64,000 bases of DNA from a virus. Of the stretch, positions 29,092 to 39,151 are shown piece after piece (positions within the stretch are counted from its first letter, which is position 1; each line of letters starts with the position of its first letter). The position numbers were made by a program, and so were the translations under genes. Under the pieces are notes generated by a model. The model saw only the letters and a program-made list of their open reading frames with translations, ran no database searches and was not told where the DNA came from. The stretch lies in IMG/VR virus record IMGVR_UViG_3300046660_000488, positions 408,640-472,639 of that record. The stretch is one strand, 5' to 3'.

Positions 29092-29398
29092 TAGCAGCGG
29101 CGGGTTCGCCAGTCCTCCCCGTGGCCCTATGGTCATTGGGACTGACACACCCCGCATCAAACCCCAAGACGGAGACCTGCGTCCTCTGCCTGACGGCACG
29201 ACGCAGATTTTCCGCAACGGCAAGTGGCGACAGATCGAATTCAACATGGCCGTCGAGCGAAAGAAAGCCTACGCCCGTCATCAGCGGCAGGTCCACTGGA
29301 TGCAGAACGGCATGTGGTATTGCTTCGGCATCGCCACGGCGTGTTTCATCGCGTGGCTCTTCCAATTCATCTTGGGTCAGCATGCCCCATTTAACTGA
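29081..29398 (+). CDS. small membrane protein
   Basis: A C-terminal TM segment MWYCFGIATACFIAWLFQFIL is present. Confidence 0.35.
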   Translation: MPVDSSGGFASPPRGPMVIGTDTPRIKPQDGDLRPLPDGTTQIFRNGKWRQIEFNMAVERKKAYARHQRQVHWMQNGMWYCFGIATACFIAWLFQFILGQHAPFN

Positions 29399-29624
29399 CC
29401 TGACCGACCGCGAATGGATTCGCACGCTGGTCGCGCACGACATGCGCGCCTACGCTCTGGCTGATGCGCTGGCTGACGGTCCCAAGGTCCGCGCCGACAT
29501 CGCCCAAGGTACGTCCAGCGTCATGAACGACATGATCCGCGCCGAGTACGTCACCGAGCAAGACGGTCTCTTCGATCTGACGGAAGACGGCCGCACGTTT
29601 TTCAAGCCCAAGGGTACAGCATGA
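29382..29624 (+). CDS. hypothetical small protein
   Basis: An 80-aa ORF. An internal ATG of the longer track ORF was chosen to avoid overlap with the upstream gene. Confidence 0.35.
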   Translation: MPHLTDLTDREWIRTLVAHDMRAYALADALADGPKVRADIAQGTSSVMNDMIRAEYVTEQDGLFDLTEDGRTFFKPKGTA

Positions 29625-30115
29625 AGCTGGCAATCATCATTCCGTCGCGGTTCATGGACCAGACCTTCGACAGCGTGGCGGCCGTCCGCTCGCTGATCGA
29701 ACGCTTCGGGCGCCCGGTGAAGGACACCGACGAATTCGAGGGTGAATTCTCGTGGTCTTACGAAGACACCATGGCGGACAACGATTTCACCCGTCGCGCC
29801 GTCTACATCTACCTGACCGACAACGCGGAATTCGAAACCGCGCTGGTGGAAATGGTATCGGACCATGAACACGTCCGCATCGAATTCACCGATCTGGGCA
29901 ACCCCAACCCGGCGTTCTTGGTCGTCGGCGGCCTGCTGGACAAGGTGCAAGCCGGACCTCCGGTCTTCAAGGCCACGCCCACGGTTGTCGGCCTCTATCC
30001 GACGCGCACCAAGGCGCGAGAAGCGTGGAAGGCCGCCTCGTGGTCGAACGTGGACAACGCCCACGCTCGCTACCTGATCATCCCGCTCAACGGCTTCGAT
30101 TTTCTGAGGGACTGA
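29621..30115 (+). CDS. hypothetical protein
   Basis: A 164-aa ORF. Confidence 0.45.
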   Translation: MKLAIIIPSRFMDQTFDSVAAVRSLIERFGRPVKDTDEFEGEFSWSYEDTMADNDFTRRAVYIYLTDNAEFETALVEMVSDHEHVRIEFTDLGNPNPAFLVVGGLLDKVQAGPPVFKATPTVVGLYPTRTKAREAWKAASWSNVDNAHARYLIIPLNGFDFLRD

Positions 30116-30118
30116 CCC

Positions 30119-30916
30119 ATGACGGTTCAGATCATCCGCGACCTGTTCGACAAGGGCGACATCGCCCCCGATCACGCCATCAAGCAACTTGACGACTACG
30201 TCAAGGACATCCAGTCCTTGGGCCGTACTTTCGATGAGGGTGACATCGAAGACCGCCGGGACGCGGTCAAGGCCGCTCGCGCCCTGCAATATCTGATCCG
30301 GCGCCGCACGGCCGCCGAAGCGCAGATGTCCGAACCCTTCGACCCCGATTTCGAATCGTTCGCGCAGCAGGAATGGGTCAAGTACAGCTTCGAGCAATGG
30401 CATGTCGAGCGCAACGGCGAGCAAGTCCGTCCGCGCGCCGAGTTGGCCACGATGCTCGGCACGGAAGACCCGTTCATGTGGTGTCCGACCATCGACCCCA
30501 GCCTGAAGATGAAGGGCGATCCCGACTATGTGCCGATCTATTACTACGGGGACGTCGCCGCCCTGTGGGAATGTTTCTCGGCCGGGTTCCTGACGGCGAC
30601 CAAGCGGTCGGGCAATGGCAAGGAAGTCCACGCCATGCCCGAGTACCGGTTCTTCTGCTTCCTCCACCGCTCCAGCCACGCGGCGCTGATGCGTCAGGGC
30701 TTCAAGCTGACCGACGTTGGCGACTGGGCCGTCTACGGCGAGAGCGAGGACAACAGCCCGTCTTCCAAGACCCGTGGGCCACTGCTGGGCGTCGTTAGCG
30801 GCAAGCTCCGCAACGCCATCGGCTGGGCGGTCACGCAGGACAAATGGATGGTGTGGGGCGGCGGTGGTGAGATCGAGGCGTTCGTCACCAAGCCGCCCAA
30901 GATCGTGAAGGTCTGA
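30119..30916 (+). CDS. hypothetical protein
   Basis: A 265-aa ORF. Confidence 0.45.
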   Translation: MTVQIIRDLFDKGDIAPDHAIKQLDDYVKDIQSLGRTFDEGDIEDRRDAVKAARALQYLIRRRTAAEAQMSEPFDPDFESFAQQEWVKYSFEQWHVERNGEQVRPRAELATMLGTEDPFMWCPTIDPSLKMKGDPDYVPIYYYGDVAALWECFSAGFLTATKRSGNGKEVHAMPEYRFFCFLHRSSHAALMRQGFKLTDVGDWAVYGESEDNSPSSKTRGPLLGVVSGKLRNAIGWAVTQDKWMVWGGGGEIEAFVTKPPKIVKV

Positions 30917-30917
30917 C

Positions 30918-31142
30918 GTGGACGTCGAGACCCAGTATCCGGACCACTGCCGCCGCACCCGCCTTGCGCTGGAGCGGCGGTATGGCAAGGTGTCGAAGCC
31001 CAAGTTCAACCGGTTCGACTACATGACCGGTTCGATCACCGTGCGCTGTCAGAACACCGAGACCGGCGCCTACATCGTCATGCGCTATGGGCACGACGGC
31101 CGGGCGAAGGGAACGCTCGTGGACGAATTTCCGGGCGCCTAA
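30918..31142 (+). CDS. hypothetical small protein (GTG start)
   Basis: A 74-aa ORF. Confidence 0.35.
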   Translation: MDVETQYPDHCRRTRLALERRYGKVSKPKFNRFDYMTGSITVRCQNTETGAYIVMRYGHDGRAKGTLVDEFPGA

Positions 31143-31159
31143 TTTTCGTTTACCAGATT

Positions 31160-33088
31160 TTGGTTTACCACAATGGTATGGCCATGGTACTCGATGGAGA
31201 GTTATTAACCATCGAGGCTTCTATGCCGCATTTCCTTCAAACCATTCTCGGTTTCTGGTGGGTTCTGCCCATCCTGCTGGCCATCATTTTCTGGCCGATC
31301 ACATTCCGCCTGTTCGGGGTCATCCTCGTTCCGCAGGACAAGATCGGCATCGTCACCAAGAAATTCCGTCTGATCGGTGAAGACATCCGCCTGCCGGACG
31401 GCGCCCTCGTGGCTCTGAAGGGTGAAGCTGGCATTCAGGCCGACTGTCTCGCACCCGGCCTGCACCTCTGGTATTGGCCGTGGCAGTACGACATCAACCT
31501 GTCGCCCTTCACGACGATCAAGGAAGGCCATGTCGGCATCGTCGAGGCCAATGACGGTCTGCCCATCCAAGTCGGCCGGGTTCTGGCCCGCACGGTCAAG
31601 GAAGCCGACTCGTTCCAAGACGCGCGCGCCTTCCTGACCAACGGCGGCCAGCGCGGTCCTCAGATCGACGCCATCCGCCCCGGCACGTACCGGATCAACA
31701 CGGCGCTGTTCTCCATCCGCGTCGTCCCGGCCACGCAGATTCCGGAAAACAAGGTCGGCCTCGTCACCACCTACGACGGCACGTCTCTGCCGACCGGCGA
31801 CATCGCGGGTCCGGAAGTCACGGGCCACCACAGCTTCCAAGACGGCCAAGCCTTCATCGGCGCGGGCGGCTACAAGGGTCGCCAAGAGCAGGTCATTCTG
31901 GCCGGTACGTACTACCACAATCCGAACTTCGTTTCGGTTGAGTTGGTCGATCTGGTGAGCGTGCCCATCGGTTACGTCGGCGTCGTCAACGCCTTCGTCG
32001 GCAAGATTCCGCTCGACAAGGAAGTCAGCGATATCCACGCCAACATCGTGCAGCGCGGCTTCAAGGGCGTGTGGGACAAGGCGCTCGATCCGGGCAAGTA
32101 CCCGATGAACACCTACACCCATAAGGTGGAAATGGTCCCGACCACGAACATCGTGCTCAACTGGGCGGGCGCCAAGACCGAGAGCCACGCTCTCGACCGC
32201 AACCTCTCGACCATCACGGTGCGTTCGGCGGATGGTTTCTCGTTCAACCTCGACGTCTCGCAGATCATCCACATCGCTCCGGATGACGCTTCGAAGGTCA
32301 TCGCCCGCTTCGGCTCGATGCAAAACCTCGTCACGCAGGTTCTGGAACCGCTGATCGGCAACTACTTCCGCAACTCGGCTCAGGCCTCCGACATCATCCA
32401 ATTCCTGTCGGGCCGCGCTGAAGAGCAGAAGAAGGCCAAGGAGTGCATCGACGCGGCGATCACCGCCTACGCCGTGCAGTCCGTGGACACCCTGATCGGC
32501 GACATCGTGCCACCGGAGGAACTGATGAAGACCCTGACCGACCGGAAGGTCGCTCAGCAACGCATCGAAACCTTCAAGCAGCAGGAAGCCTCGGAAGTGG
32601 CCCGCCAGTCGCTGGAAGAGTCCAAGTCGAAGGCTGACACCCAAGGTCGCGTCGTTGACGCCCAGCGGGCCGTGGAAGTGGCCGAACTGGACGCCAAGGC
32701 GAAGGTCAAGAAGGCCAGCGGTGACGCTGAGTCCAAGACCATCAACGCCAAGGCTGACGCCGAGGTTCTGACCATGGTCGGTGAAGCGACGGCGGCCCAG
32801 AAACTGGCGGTCGGTAACGCCGAAGCCACGGTTCTGCAAGCCAAGGTCGAAGCGGTCGGCAAGGAAGCCTACGCCCAGATGCAAATCTTCGGCGATCTGG
32901 CGGTCAACAAGACCCAACTGGTTCCTCTCGTCCAAGCCGGTGGCAATGGCGAGGGCGGTGGCTCTCTGATCGACGCCATGTTGGGCGCCCTGCTGGCCAA
33001 GGAAGTTGGCGGTGACACGACCAAGCAGGAGATCGCGCGTCTCCAGCGCCTGTCGGGCATCACGCCTCCGGGCGGCAAGTCCGAGTAA
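31160..33088 (+). CDS. flotillin-like SPFH/band-7 membrane protein (the start may be at 31205)
   Basis: There is an N-terminal TM segment (ILGFWWVLPILLAIIFWPITF) and a long SPFH-like core. The C-terminus is a coiled-coil with flotillin-type Ala/Glu/Lys repeats (AEVAELDAKAKVKKASGDAESKTINAKADAEV...). Confidence 0.65.
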   Translation: MVYHNGMAMVLDGELLTIEASMPHFLQTILGFWWVLPILLAIIFWPITFRLFGVILVPQDKIGIVTKKFRLIGEDIRLPDGALVALKGEAGIQADCLAPGLHLWYWPWQYDINLSPFTTIKEGHVGIVEANDGLPIQVGRVLARTVKEADSFQDARAFLTNGGQRGPQIDAIRPGTYRINTALFSIRVVPATQIPENKVGLVTTYDGTSLPTGDIAGPEVTGHHSFQDGQAFIGAGGYKGRQEQVILAGTYYHNPNFVSVELVDLVSVPIGYVGVVNAFVGKIPLDKEVSDIHANIVQRGFKGVWDKALDPGKYPMNTYTHKVEMVPTTNIVLNWAGAKTESHALDRNLSTITVRSADGFSFNLDVSQIIHIAPDDASKVIARFGSMQNLVTQVLEPLIGNYFRNSAQASDIIQFLSGRAEEQKKAKECIDAAITAYAVQSVDTLIGDIVPPEELMKTLTDRKVAQQRIETFKQQEASEVARQSLEESKSKADTQGRVVDAQRAVEVAELDAKAKVKKASGDAESKTINAKADAEVLTMVGEATAAQKLAVGNAEATVLQAKVEAVGKEAYAQMQIFGDLAVNKTQLVPLVQAGGNGEGGGSLIDAMLGALLAKEVGGDTTKQEIARLQRLSGITPPGGKSE

Positions 33089-33108
33089 TCGGGCCTGACT
33101 GAACGCGA

Positions 33109-33139
33109 AAGGCCCCGGAGAAATCCGGGGCCTTTTTCT
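33109..33139 (+). terminator. rho-independent terminator between convergent genes
   Basis: A perfect 8-bp stem GGCCCCGG-agaaat-CCGGGGCC followed by TTTTTCTT. Confidence 0.55.
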
Positions 33140-33636
33140 TAGCTGAACCGCAGTTTGAAATAGGTCTGGTCAGTCTCATTCTCCAAGATGGTCACGAACC
33201 GGTTCTTGCTCGCGTCGGCCACGAAAAATCGCCAGTCGCCCTTGGTGAATTCGTTGCACCACATGATGATCTCGTCGTCACCACCCTCCACAACGACCCT
33301 GTAGGCCCGTGGACCGGCCTGTTCGCACATGTAGACCAGCATGTCCCGTTGGTCTCTCACGACGTCCACGGCCTCTATGAGGGCGTTGAACGAGTTGAAG
33401 CCTTTGCGGACGATGCCGTTGTAGTGTTTTTCGAGATCGTTCCAGTCATCGACTGAAATGTGGGTCGAGTTCAAACGCCCCATGATCTCGTAGAATTTCT
33501 CCTGATATTTCTTGGTGTGATAGGCTGGCGAGCCTTGCAGGTCACTCAGGGACGACGGGTGAGCGAACCATTGCTCCCACGGAACGTCGTAAACGATCAC
33601 GCTGCTCTCCGAACGAAAATCAAGGGATAAATACAT
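33139..33636 (-). CDS. hypothetical protein
   Basis: The start was chosen at MYLSLDFRSE. A GGAG SD is adjacent. Confidence 0.4.
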   Translation of the reverse strand: MYLSLDFRSESSVIVYDVPWEQWFAHPSSLSDLQGSPAYHTKKYQEKFYEIMGRLNSTHISVDDWNDLEKHYNGIVRKGFNSFNALIEAVDVVRDQRDMLVYMCEQAGPRAYRVVVEGGDDEIIMWCNEFTKGDWRFFVADASKNRFVTILENETDQTYFKLRFS

Positions 33637-33661
33637 ACTCCATGCCACTTGGAGAACCAAA

Positions 33662-35332
33662 TTGATTTCGTTCAGCACCGTCGCCGCAGAGGTTTTCCAA
33701 ATCCTCCGGGCGTTCAATTACACGGTCAAAATGTACGGGGATGAAGGCAACCGGGTTTACGAACCCGAGGATGCTCGACGCCTGTTCGCCGAGACCACCA
33801 AAGACGACGCTGACACTCCAACGAACGGCAACCTTTTTGTGTCGTTGGTCGAGTCCGGCGAGAACAGCAGCATCCGCCTTTTCATCAGCAAGTCCGTGGA
33901 TTTGGCCGACGTCGTCGGTCTTATGGACTCGCTGCGTTCGTGCGCGAACAAGTTCAGCATGCTGTTCAACGCTCGTGAAACCGGCCGCGAAATTGAACCC
34001 ACGGACTTTGCCAGCAGTGCATCCGTTACAGAAGACGAGGACAACTATACTATGGGAACGGATATCATTCTGGAAGGCATGTACGGCACGACGAAGTCGT
34101 CCTACCTGAAGCTGGAGAACGCTCGCATGATCGTTCGCCACACCAAGCCGGTCAAGGAAGACGTCGTTGGCGGCCGTAGCCGCAACATCAAGGGCATCTT
34201 CGTCGAAGACGCTCAGGGCCAGCGTTTCCTGTTCCCGACCCGCCAACTGGCTCCGGCGCGCGCGATGACGCAGCACGTCAACCAAGGCGGCAATTTCTAC
34301 GACCAAGTCGGCGCCCAGATCACCCGCATGGCTCAGGACTATTCCAGCCTCGCGCAGGCTTCGAACTACATCGGCGGCGAGGCCATGGCGCTCGGCGAGT
34401 CGGCCCAGCCGATCCGCGAGAACTGCCGTCGTCAGATGAAGGAAATGCGGAAGTGCTTCGAGCGCCTGTCGCGCGAGAGCGGCTACCTCAATGAGAGCCA
34501 GCGCATCGCTGAACTGCCGCAGGGAACCCTGAACGAGGCTGACGAGGCCCTGTCGGACGAAATCCGCGAGACGATGTACGTGGAAGGTCGCGAGATCGAC
34601 GAGACGATCATCGTGGCGGTCACCGAAGCGGTCAAGAAGTGCCGCTGCGAAGACGAGGCCATGGCTGAGGATGTCGAGCCCGCTGTCGATGACGACGGTC
34701 TGGAAGAGAACGCCGACGAAGACATCGTGGACGAAGAAGCTGAAATGGAAGGCTGGATCAAGTCCGAAGCCGTCCAAGAGTTCAGCGAATGGCTGGACCA
34801 ATTCTCGCCGGAAGCCGTTCTGGCCGAGCGTGACGAAGAAGAAGAGGACGATGAGGCAGAAGTGATCGAAGAGCGTGGAAGCATGGACGATTACCCGGCC
34901 CACGACGACGGCAACGACGCCCGCGCCACCACCGCCGATCTGGAGGACGCGGTCAATACGTTCGACGTCGAGAAGTTCCTTGCTTCGGAAGGCGAAGAGT
35001 TTGGCTGGGGCGAGCATGAGGACGACAAGAAGTACAGCCGCAAGTTCATCCGTCGCCTCGTGGCCTATTACCTGCAAAGCATCGTCGAGTACAACACCGG
35101 CGCCAAGACAGAAATCTCCGACGAATGGGTTGACGCAGTCTGGCCGGACGTTGAGCAAGTTCTGAACAACGGTGGATACGAGCTTAGCGAAGGAAAACTG
35201 ACGCGATCCAACGTTCTGATCCCGACCGATCAGGGCGAAGACTTCAAGCGCGAAGTCGAGGACCCCACGGCAGACGCTGGAAGCATCGACCGTCTTCGTG
35301 CTCTGGCTGGTTTGCAGGGCCGCTTCCAATAA
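33662..35332 (+). CDS. large acidic protein (candidate prohead scaffold/core protein)
   Basis: A 556-aa ORF with an extremely acidic C-terminal half carrying many (L/I)xE sites. A GATAAATAC box lies 30 nt upstream. The start codon is TTG, preceded by a GGAGAA SD. Confidence 0.45.
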   Translation: MISFSTVAAEVFQILRAFNYTVKMYGDEGNRVYEPEDARRLFAETTKDDADTPTNGNLFVSLVESGENSSIRLFISKSVDLADVVGLMDSLRSCANKFSMLFNARETGREIEPTDFASSASVTEDEDNYTMGTDIILEGMYGTTKSSYLKLENARMIVRHTKPVKEDVVGGRSRNIKGIFVEDAQGQRFLFPTRQLAPARAMTQHVNQGGNFYDQVGAQITRMAQDYSSLAQASNYIGGEAMALGESAQPIRENCRRQMKEMRKCFERLSRESGYLNESQRIAELPQGTLNEADEALSDEIRETMYVEGREIDETIIVAVTEAVKKCRCEDEAMAEDVEPAVDDDGLEENADEDIVDEEAEMEGWIKSEAVQEFSEWLDQFSPEAVLAERDEEEEDDEAEVIEERGSMDDYPAHDDGNDARATTADLEDAVNTFDVEKFLASEGEEFGWGEHEDDKKYSRKFIRRLVAYYLQSIVEYNTGAKTEISDEWVDAVWPDVEQVLNNGGYELSEGKLTRSNVLIPTDQGEDFKREVEDPTADAGSIDRLRALAGLQGRFQ

Positions 35333-35389
35333 AATCGCCCTGAATTTCCCACTGTGGTACAACTGAACAGTGGGATCGCCTCTTGAATA

Positions 35390-35424
35390 GGGGAGAGACC
35401 GACAACTTGGTCTCTCCCCTTTTT
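35390..35424 (+). terminator. rho-independent terminator
   Basis: An 11-bp stem GGGGAGAGACC-gacaactt-GGTCTCTCCCC followed by TTTTTCG. It is preceded by a second hairpin at 35348..35374. Confidence 0.55.
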
Positions 35425-35591
35425 CGTGGATTGACGGGAATATTGCCCGGAATTTTCGACTATGAGATCATGAATAATCAGCGGTGTTAATTTCCAATAC
35501 CGAGGATAAATACAAAGCCGGAAGCACTGAGTGGCCCCGGTTATTGGCAAAGAACTACTAATACTTTAGGCAAATTAAGAGGCAAAACATT

Positions 35592-36617
35592 ATGACTACG
35601 AACGCAAAAGCAGCACTCGTTGCGGCCCTGAAGGCCGCCAAGGAAAAGAGCAGCGGCCAAGGCCAACGCACCACCACGAGCACTGGCGACAACGCTTCCT
35701 ATCCCTTCTGGAAGATGAATGTCGATGAGGACGCCCTGCTGCGCTTCCTCCCCGATGGCGACGAAGCCAACCCCTTCTTCTGGACCAACCTCGAACGCAT
35801 CAAGCTGCCCTTCGCCGGTCAGGAAGGCGGCGACTATCCGACCTCCAAGCAGGTCGAAGTCACCATCCCCTGCGTCGAAATGTGGGGCGAGAAGTGCCCG
35901 GTCATCGAAGCCATCCGCCCTTGGTGGAAGGACGAGGCCCGCAAGCCGACTGCACGCATCTACTACAAGAAGGTCAGCTACATCTTCCAAGGCTTCGTGA
36001 AAGCGTCGCCGTTCGCGGAAGAGAACGCTCCGGAAAACCCGATCCGTCGTTTCATCATCAACAAGTCGATCTTCAAGAAGATCGAGGACAGCCTGATGGA
36101 CCCGGACATCGAGAACATGCCGACTGACTACCTGTCGGGTCTGGATTTCCGGATCAAGAAGGAACAGCGCGGCGAATACGCCAACTACGACAACTCGAAG
36201 TTCATCGTCACCAAGCCCCGCTCGCTCGACGAGCAGGAACTGCTGGCCATCGACCAGTACAAGCTGTTCGACCTGAAGCAATTCAAGGGCGAAAAGCCGG
36301 ACGCTGATCGCATCGCCGCCATCAAGGCGATGTTCGAGGACTCGCTGGCTGGTCGTCCGTTCGACTTCGCGTCCTACGGCCACTACTACCGCGCCTACGG
36401 CGGCGGCAACGGTGGCGGCGGCAACGACGACAACGCCACGGCGTCGGCTCCGGCCTACGTCCCGGCTGCTGTCGCTGCTGCTCCGGCGCCGGTGGTTCAA
36501 GCTGCGGCTCCCGTCGCCGCTGCTGCTCCGGTCACGGAAGCTGCTGCTGCTCCGGCTGGCGCCTCGCCGCAAGACCTGCTGGCGATGATCCGCAACCGCA
36601 CGCAAGCCAACAGCTAA
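35592..36617 (+). CDS. single-stranded DNA-binding protein (T4 gp32-like)
   Basis: NASYPFWKMNVDEDALLRFLPDGDEANPFF resembles the gp32 FLP region. An acidic Ala/Pro-rich C-terminal tail is present. A GATAAATAC box lies about 85 nt upstream. Confidence 0.65.
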   Translation: MTTNAKAALVAALKAAKEKSSGQGQRTTTSTGDNASYPFWKMNVDEDALLRFLPDGDEANPFFWTNLERIKLPFAGQEGGDYPTSKQVEVTIPCVEMWGEKCPVIEAIRPWWKDEARKPTARIYYKKVSYIFQGFVKASPFAEENAPENPIRRFIINKSIFKKIEDSLMDPDIENMPTDYLSGLDFRIKKEQRGEYANYDNSKFIVTKPRSLDEQELLAIDQYKLFDLKQFKGEKPDADRIAAIKAMFEDSLAGRPFDFASYGHYYRAYGGGNGGGGNDDNATASAPAYVPAAVAAAPAPVVQAAAPVAAAAPVTEAAAAPAGASPQDLLAMIRNRTQANS

Positions 36618-36708
36618 GCGTCAACCTACGTCCCGAGGGGTCAAACCCTCGGGACACCTTCCTCCCACAATTGAAAGCTCGTCACGTGGCATGACCGCGC
36701 GATGAGTC

Positions 36709-37827
36709 ATGAAAGCAAACATGGTTCTACCTTTTGACATTTCAAAGCTGCGGAAGGGGATCGATAAGTCGATCCAAGGTCTGTCCCATGGCTTCAACGA
36801 TCCCAAGACGTGGCTGAACACGGGCTGCTACGCCCTGAACTATCTGATCTCTGACGATTTCTTCGGCGGAATTCCGCTGGAAGGCAAGTTCACGATGTTT
36901 GCTGGGGACTCCGGTTCCGGCAAGTCCTACATCGCGTCGGCCAACCTGATGAAGGACGCTCAGGCGAAGGGTGTGTTCCCGATCCTCGTGGACACCGAAA
37001 ACGCTCTGGACGAGTCGTGGCTGAAGGCTCTGGGCGTCGATACCGCTCCGGACAAGATGCTGAAGATCAGCGGCGCCACCATCGACGACGTGTCGCAGAT
37101 GATCGGCATGGCCATCGACAACTACAAGGCCGAGAACGACAGCAAGCCGTATGCGGAGCGTCCCAAGATGCTCTTCATCATCGACTCGCTGGGGATGCTG
37201 ATCACGCCCAACCAAGAAAAGCAATTCATGGAAGGCGATCAGCGAGGCGACATGGGTCTGAAGGCCAAACAGATCACGACAATGCTTCGTGTGACGATGG
37301 CCAAGATCGCGTCGCAGCCCATCGGCCTGCTGGCCACAAACCACGTGTACGACTCGCAAGACCAGTACAAGCCCGACACGATCCCCGGCGGCAAGATGCT
37401 GGAGTTCGCTTCGTCGGTCATCATCCAGATGAACAAGTACCTTCTGAAAGAAGACGAAGAAGGCAACAAGCTCACTGGAGGTGAAGTGGCAGGCATCCGC
37501 TCGACGGCCGTGGTTCGCAAGAGCCGCTACGCCAAGCCGTTCGAGAAGCTGTATATCAACATCCCCTACGACAAGGGCATGGACCCCTACTCGGGTCTGT
37601 TCGACCTCTTCGAAAAGAAGGGTCTCGTTGTCCGCGAGGGCATGCGGTACGTCTATACTTCGCCGGTCACCGGTGAAGTCTTCAAGGACTTCCGCAAGCG
37701 CTACAAGGCCAACGGCTGGCTCGACATCATCATGGGCGAGAAAGAAGGCTGGGACGTCGAGGAAGCACCCGCAGGTGGTTTCGACCACACGGACTCCGCA
37801 GATTACGATCCGGTTTCGGACAAGTAA
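36709..37827 (+). CDS. RecA-family recombinase (UvsX-like)
   Basis: Walker A FAGDSGSGKS is present and the RecA-like core is collinear. Confidence 0.8.
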   Translation: MKANMVLPFDISKLRKGIDKSIQGLSHGFNDPKTWLNTGCYALNYLISDDFFGGIPLEGKFTMFAGDSGSGKSYIASANLMKDAQAKGVFPILVDTENALDESWLKALGVDTAPDKMLKISGATIDDVSQMIGMAIDNYKAENDSKPYAERPKMLFIIDSLGMLITPNQEKQFMEGDQRGDMGLKAKQITTMLRVTMAKIASQPIGLLATNHVYDSQDQYKPDTIPGGKMLEFASSVIIQMNKYLLKEDEEGNKLTGGEVAGIRSTAVVRKSRYAKPFEKLYINIPYDKGMDPYSGLFDLFEKKGLVVREGMRYVYTSPVTGEVFKDFRKRYKANGWLDIIMGEKEGWDVEEAPAGGFDHTDSADYDPVSDK

Positions 37828-37906
37828 AATCTGAAGTTGGATAAGTAGGTTTCTAACCTTGGGGGTGGCGGCAATCACCCCCATTTAGAGACAGTGGAGT
37901 ATCTAC

Positions 37907-38146
37907 ATGAAAAGTGAGAGCAAGGTGATTGCCGAACTGTGGGATTTGGTTCGGGATCACATTCCTGTCGCTCGACGACTGGAAACCGCAATCTCGTTTC
38001 TTCGCATTTTTGAAGAATACGGGTTTGAAGACAAGGACATGCAGGACATCGTAGACGAGGACAAAGTTTTGGCCCGCGCTTACGACGATCTGTATGGCAA
38101 TGACGAGCCGGAAGACGATTCCAGCTACGACGAATACGAGGACTGA
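37907..38146 (+). CDS. hypothetical small acidic protein
   Basis: A 79-aa ORF. Confidence 0.35.
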   Translation: MKSESKVIAELWDLVRDHIPVARRLETAISFLRIFEEYGFEDKDMQDIVDEDKVLARAYDDLYGNDEPEDDSSYDEYED

Positions 38147-38148
38147 GT

Positions 38149-38622
38149 ATGGCGCGCTGGTTTCACAAAGTTACGGCGGACCCCGCTGTCTACCCGACCC
38201 TAGCGCAAGCACTGCTGTACTTCTTCAACGAGTACGACAAGTCGGGCGAGGATATCCGTCCGCCTCGTGGTACGAAGCTCTGGGACGTGTCGGTCAAGTT
38301 GCCGGGCGTCATGGAGTATCGGTTCGGGCAACTCCAAGAGATTGAAGCATTGCTGAAGCTCTTGGAGATTCGCTACGACAAACTCTACACCGAGAAGAAG
38401 CGTCACTTCCTCGAAAACTACAATCGAAACGTCAGCGACCGGCAGGCCAGTGAAATGGCCAACGTCGAGCAAGACGTCATCGAAGTGCGCGAGTTCATCC
38501 AGCAGACAGCACTTATTCGGAACCTCTATTTGGGTCTGATTAAGGGTTTGGAAACGCTGCACTATCAGATGGGACACCTCGTCAATCTGAGACGTGCACA
38601 AATCGAAGACGCGACCTTCTGA
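38149..38622 (+). CDS. hypothetical protein
   Basis: A 157-aa ORF. Confidence 0.45.
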   Translation: MARWFHKVTADPAVYPTLAQALLYFFNEYDKSGEDIRPPRGTKLWDVSVKLPGVMEYRFGQLQEIEALLKLLEIRYDKLYTEKKRHFLENYNRNVSDRQASEMANVEQDVIEVREFIQQTALIRNLYLGLIKGLETLHYQMGHLVNLRRAQIEDATF

Positions 38623-38638
38623 TGCTGTTCGTGGGAAA

Positions 38639-38646
38639 CTAAATAC
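38639..38646 (+). promoter_or_regulatory. late-promoter-like box CTAAATAC
   Basis: The box lies 24 nt upstream of ATG 38670. Confidence 0.4.
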
Positions 38647-38669
38647 CACAACTATTCGAAAGGCCGTCC

Positions 38670-39101
38670 ATGTCTTCAGCAGCAGTTTACTCGAACCACG
38701 CCGGTACGATGTCGGAATCGTTTGTCATTGGCAAACGAGGCGTCAAGCTGCTGCAAGGTGTTGGCGATCCTACCGGCATTTCCGCGCCGGTTGGATCGCT
38801 CTACCTCCGCCGGGACGGCGCCCGCTGCGTCTATCAAAAGAACGCCGACAACTGGGTTGCGCTGCTGTACGCAGAAGCGGTCACCAAGTTCGCCACCTTC
38901 ACCAATTCCGATCTCGTGTCAGGCGTCCTGACCATCGTCCACACGCTGGGCGTCGAGTTCCCCATCGTCCAAGTGTGGAACGACTCTCGTGAATTGGTCT
39001 TCCCCGACAAGATCACATGTGTCGATGACAGCACAGTTACGATTGACCTGAATTCGTCTGGTGCAATTTCAAGTACTTGGCGCGTCAGAGTTAGCCTATA
39101 A
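38670..39101 (+). CDS. tail fibre-related protein (shares its C-terminal domain with the 39152 gene)
   Basis: The C-terminus TIVHTLGVEFPIVQVWNDSRELVFPDKITCVDDSTVTIDLNSSGAISSTWRVRVSL is paralogous to the C-terminus of the next gene. Confidence 0.5.
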   Translation: MSSAAVYSNHAGTMSESFVIGKRGVKLLQGVGDPTGISAPVGSLYLRRDGARCVYQKNADNWVALLYAEAVTKFATFTNSDLVSGVLTIVHTLGVEFPIVQVWNDSRELVFPDKITCVDDSTVTIDLNSSGAISSTWRVRVSL

Positions 39102-39151
39102 TCAAACCGCCGTTCTTCTAAATAGGGACTCCATATAGGGGAGTCTATACT

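Noticed and set aside
36621-36655. A 10-bp hairpin GTCCCGAGGG/CCCTCGGGAC after the gp32-like gene, considered as a terminator.
   Set aside because: No T-run follows on either strand. It may be an RNase III or attenuator-type structure rather than an intrinsic terminator.
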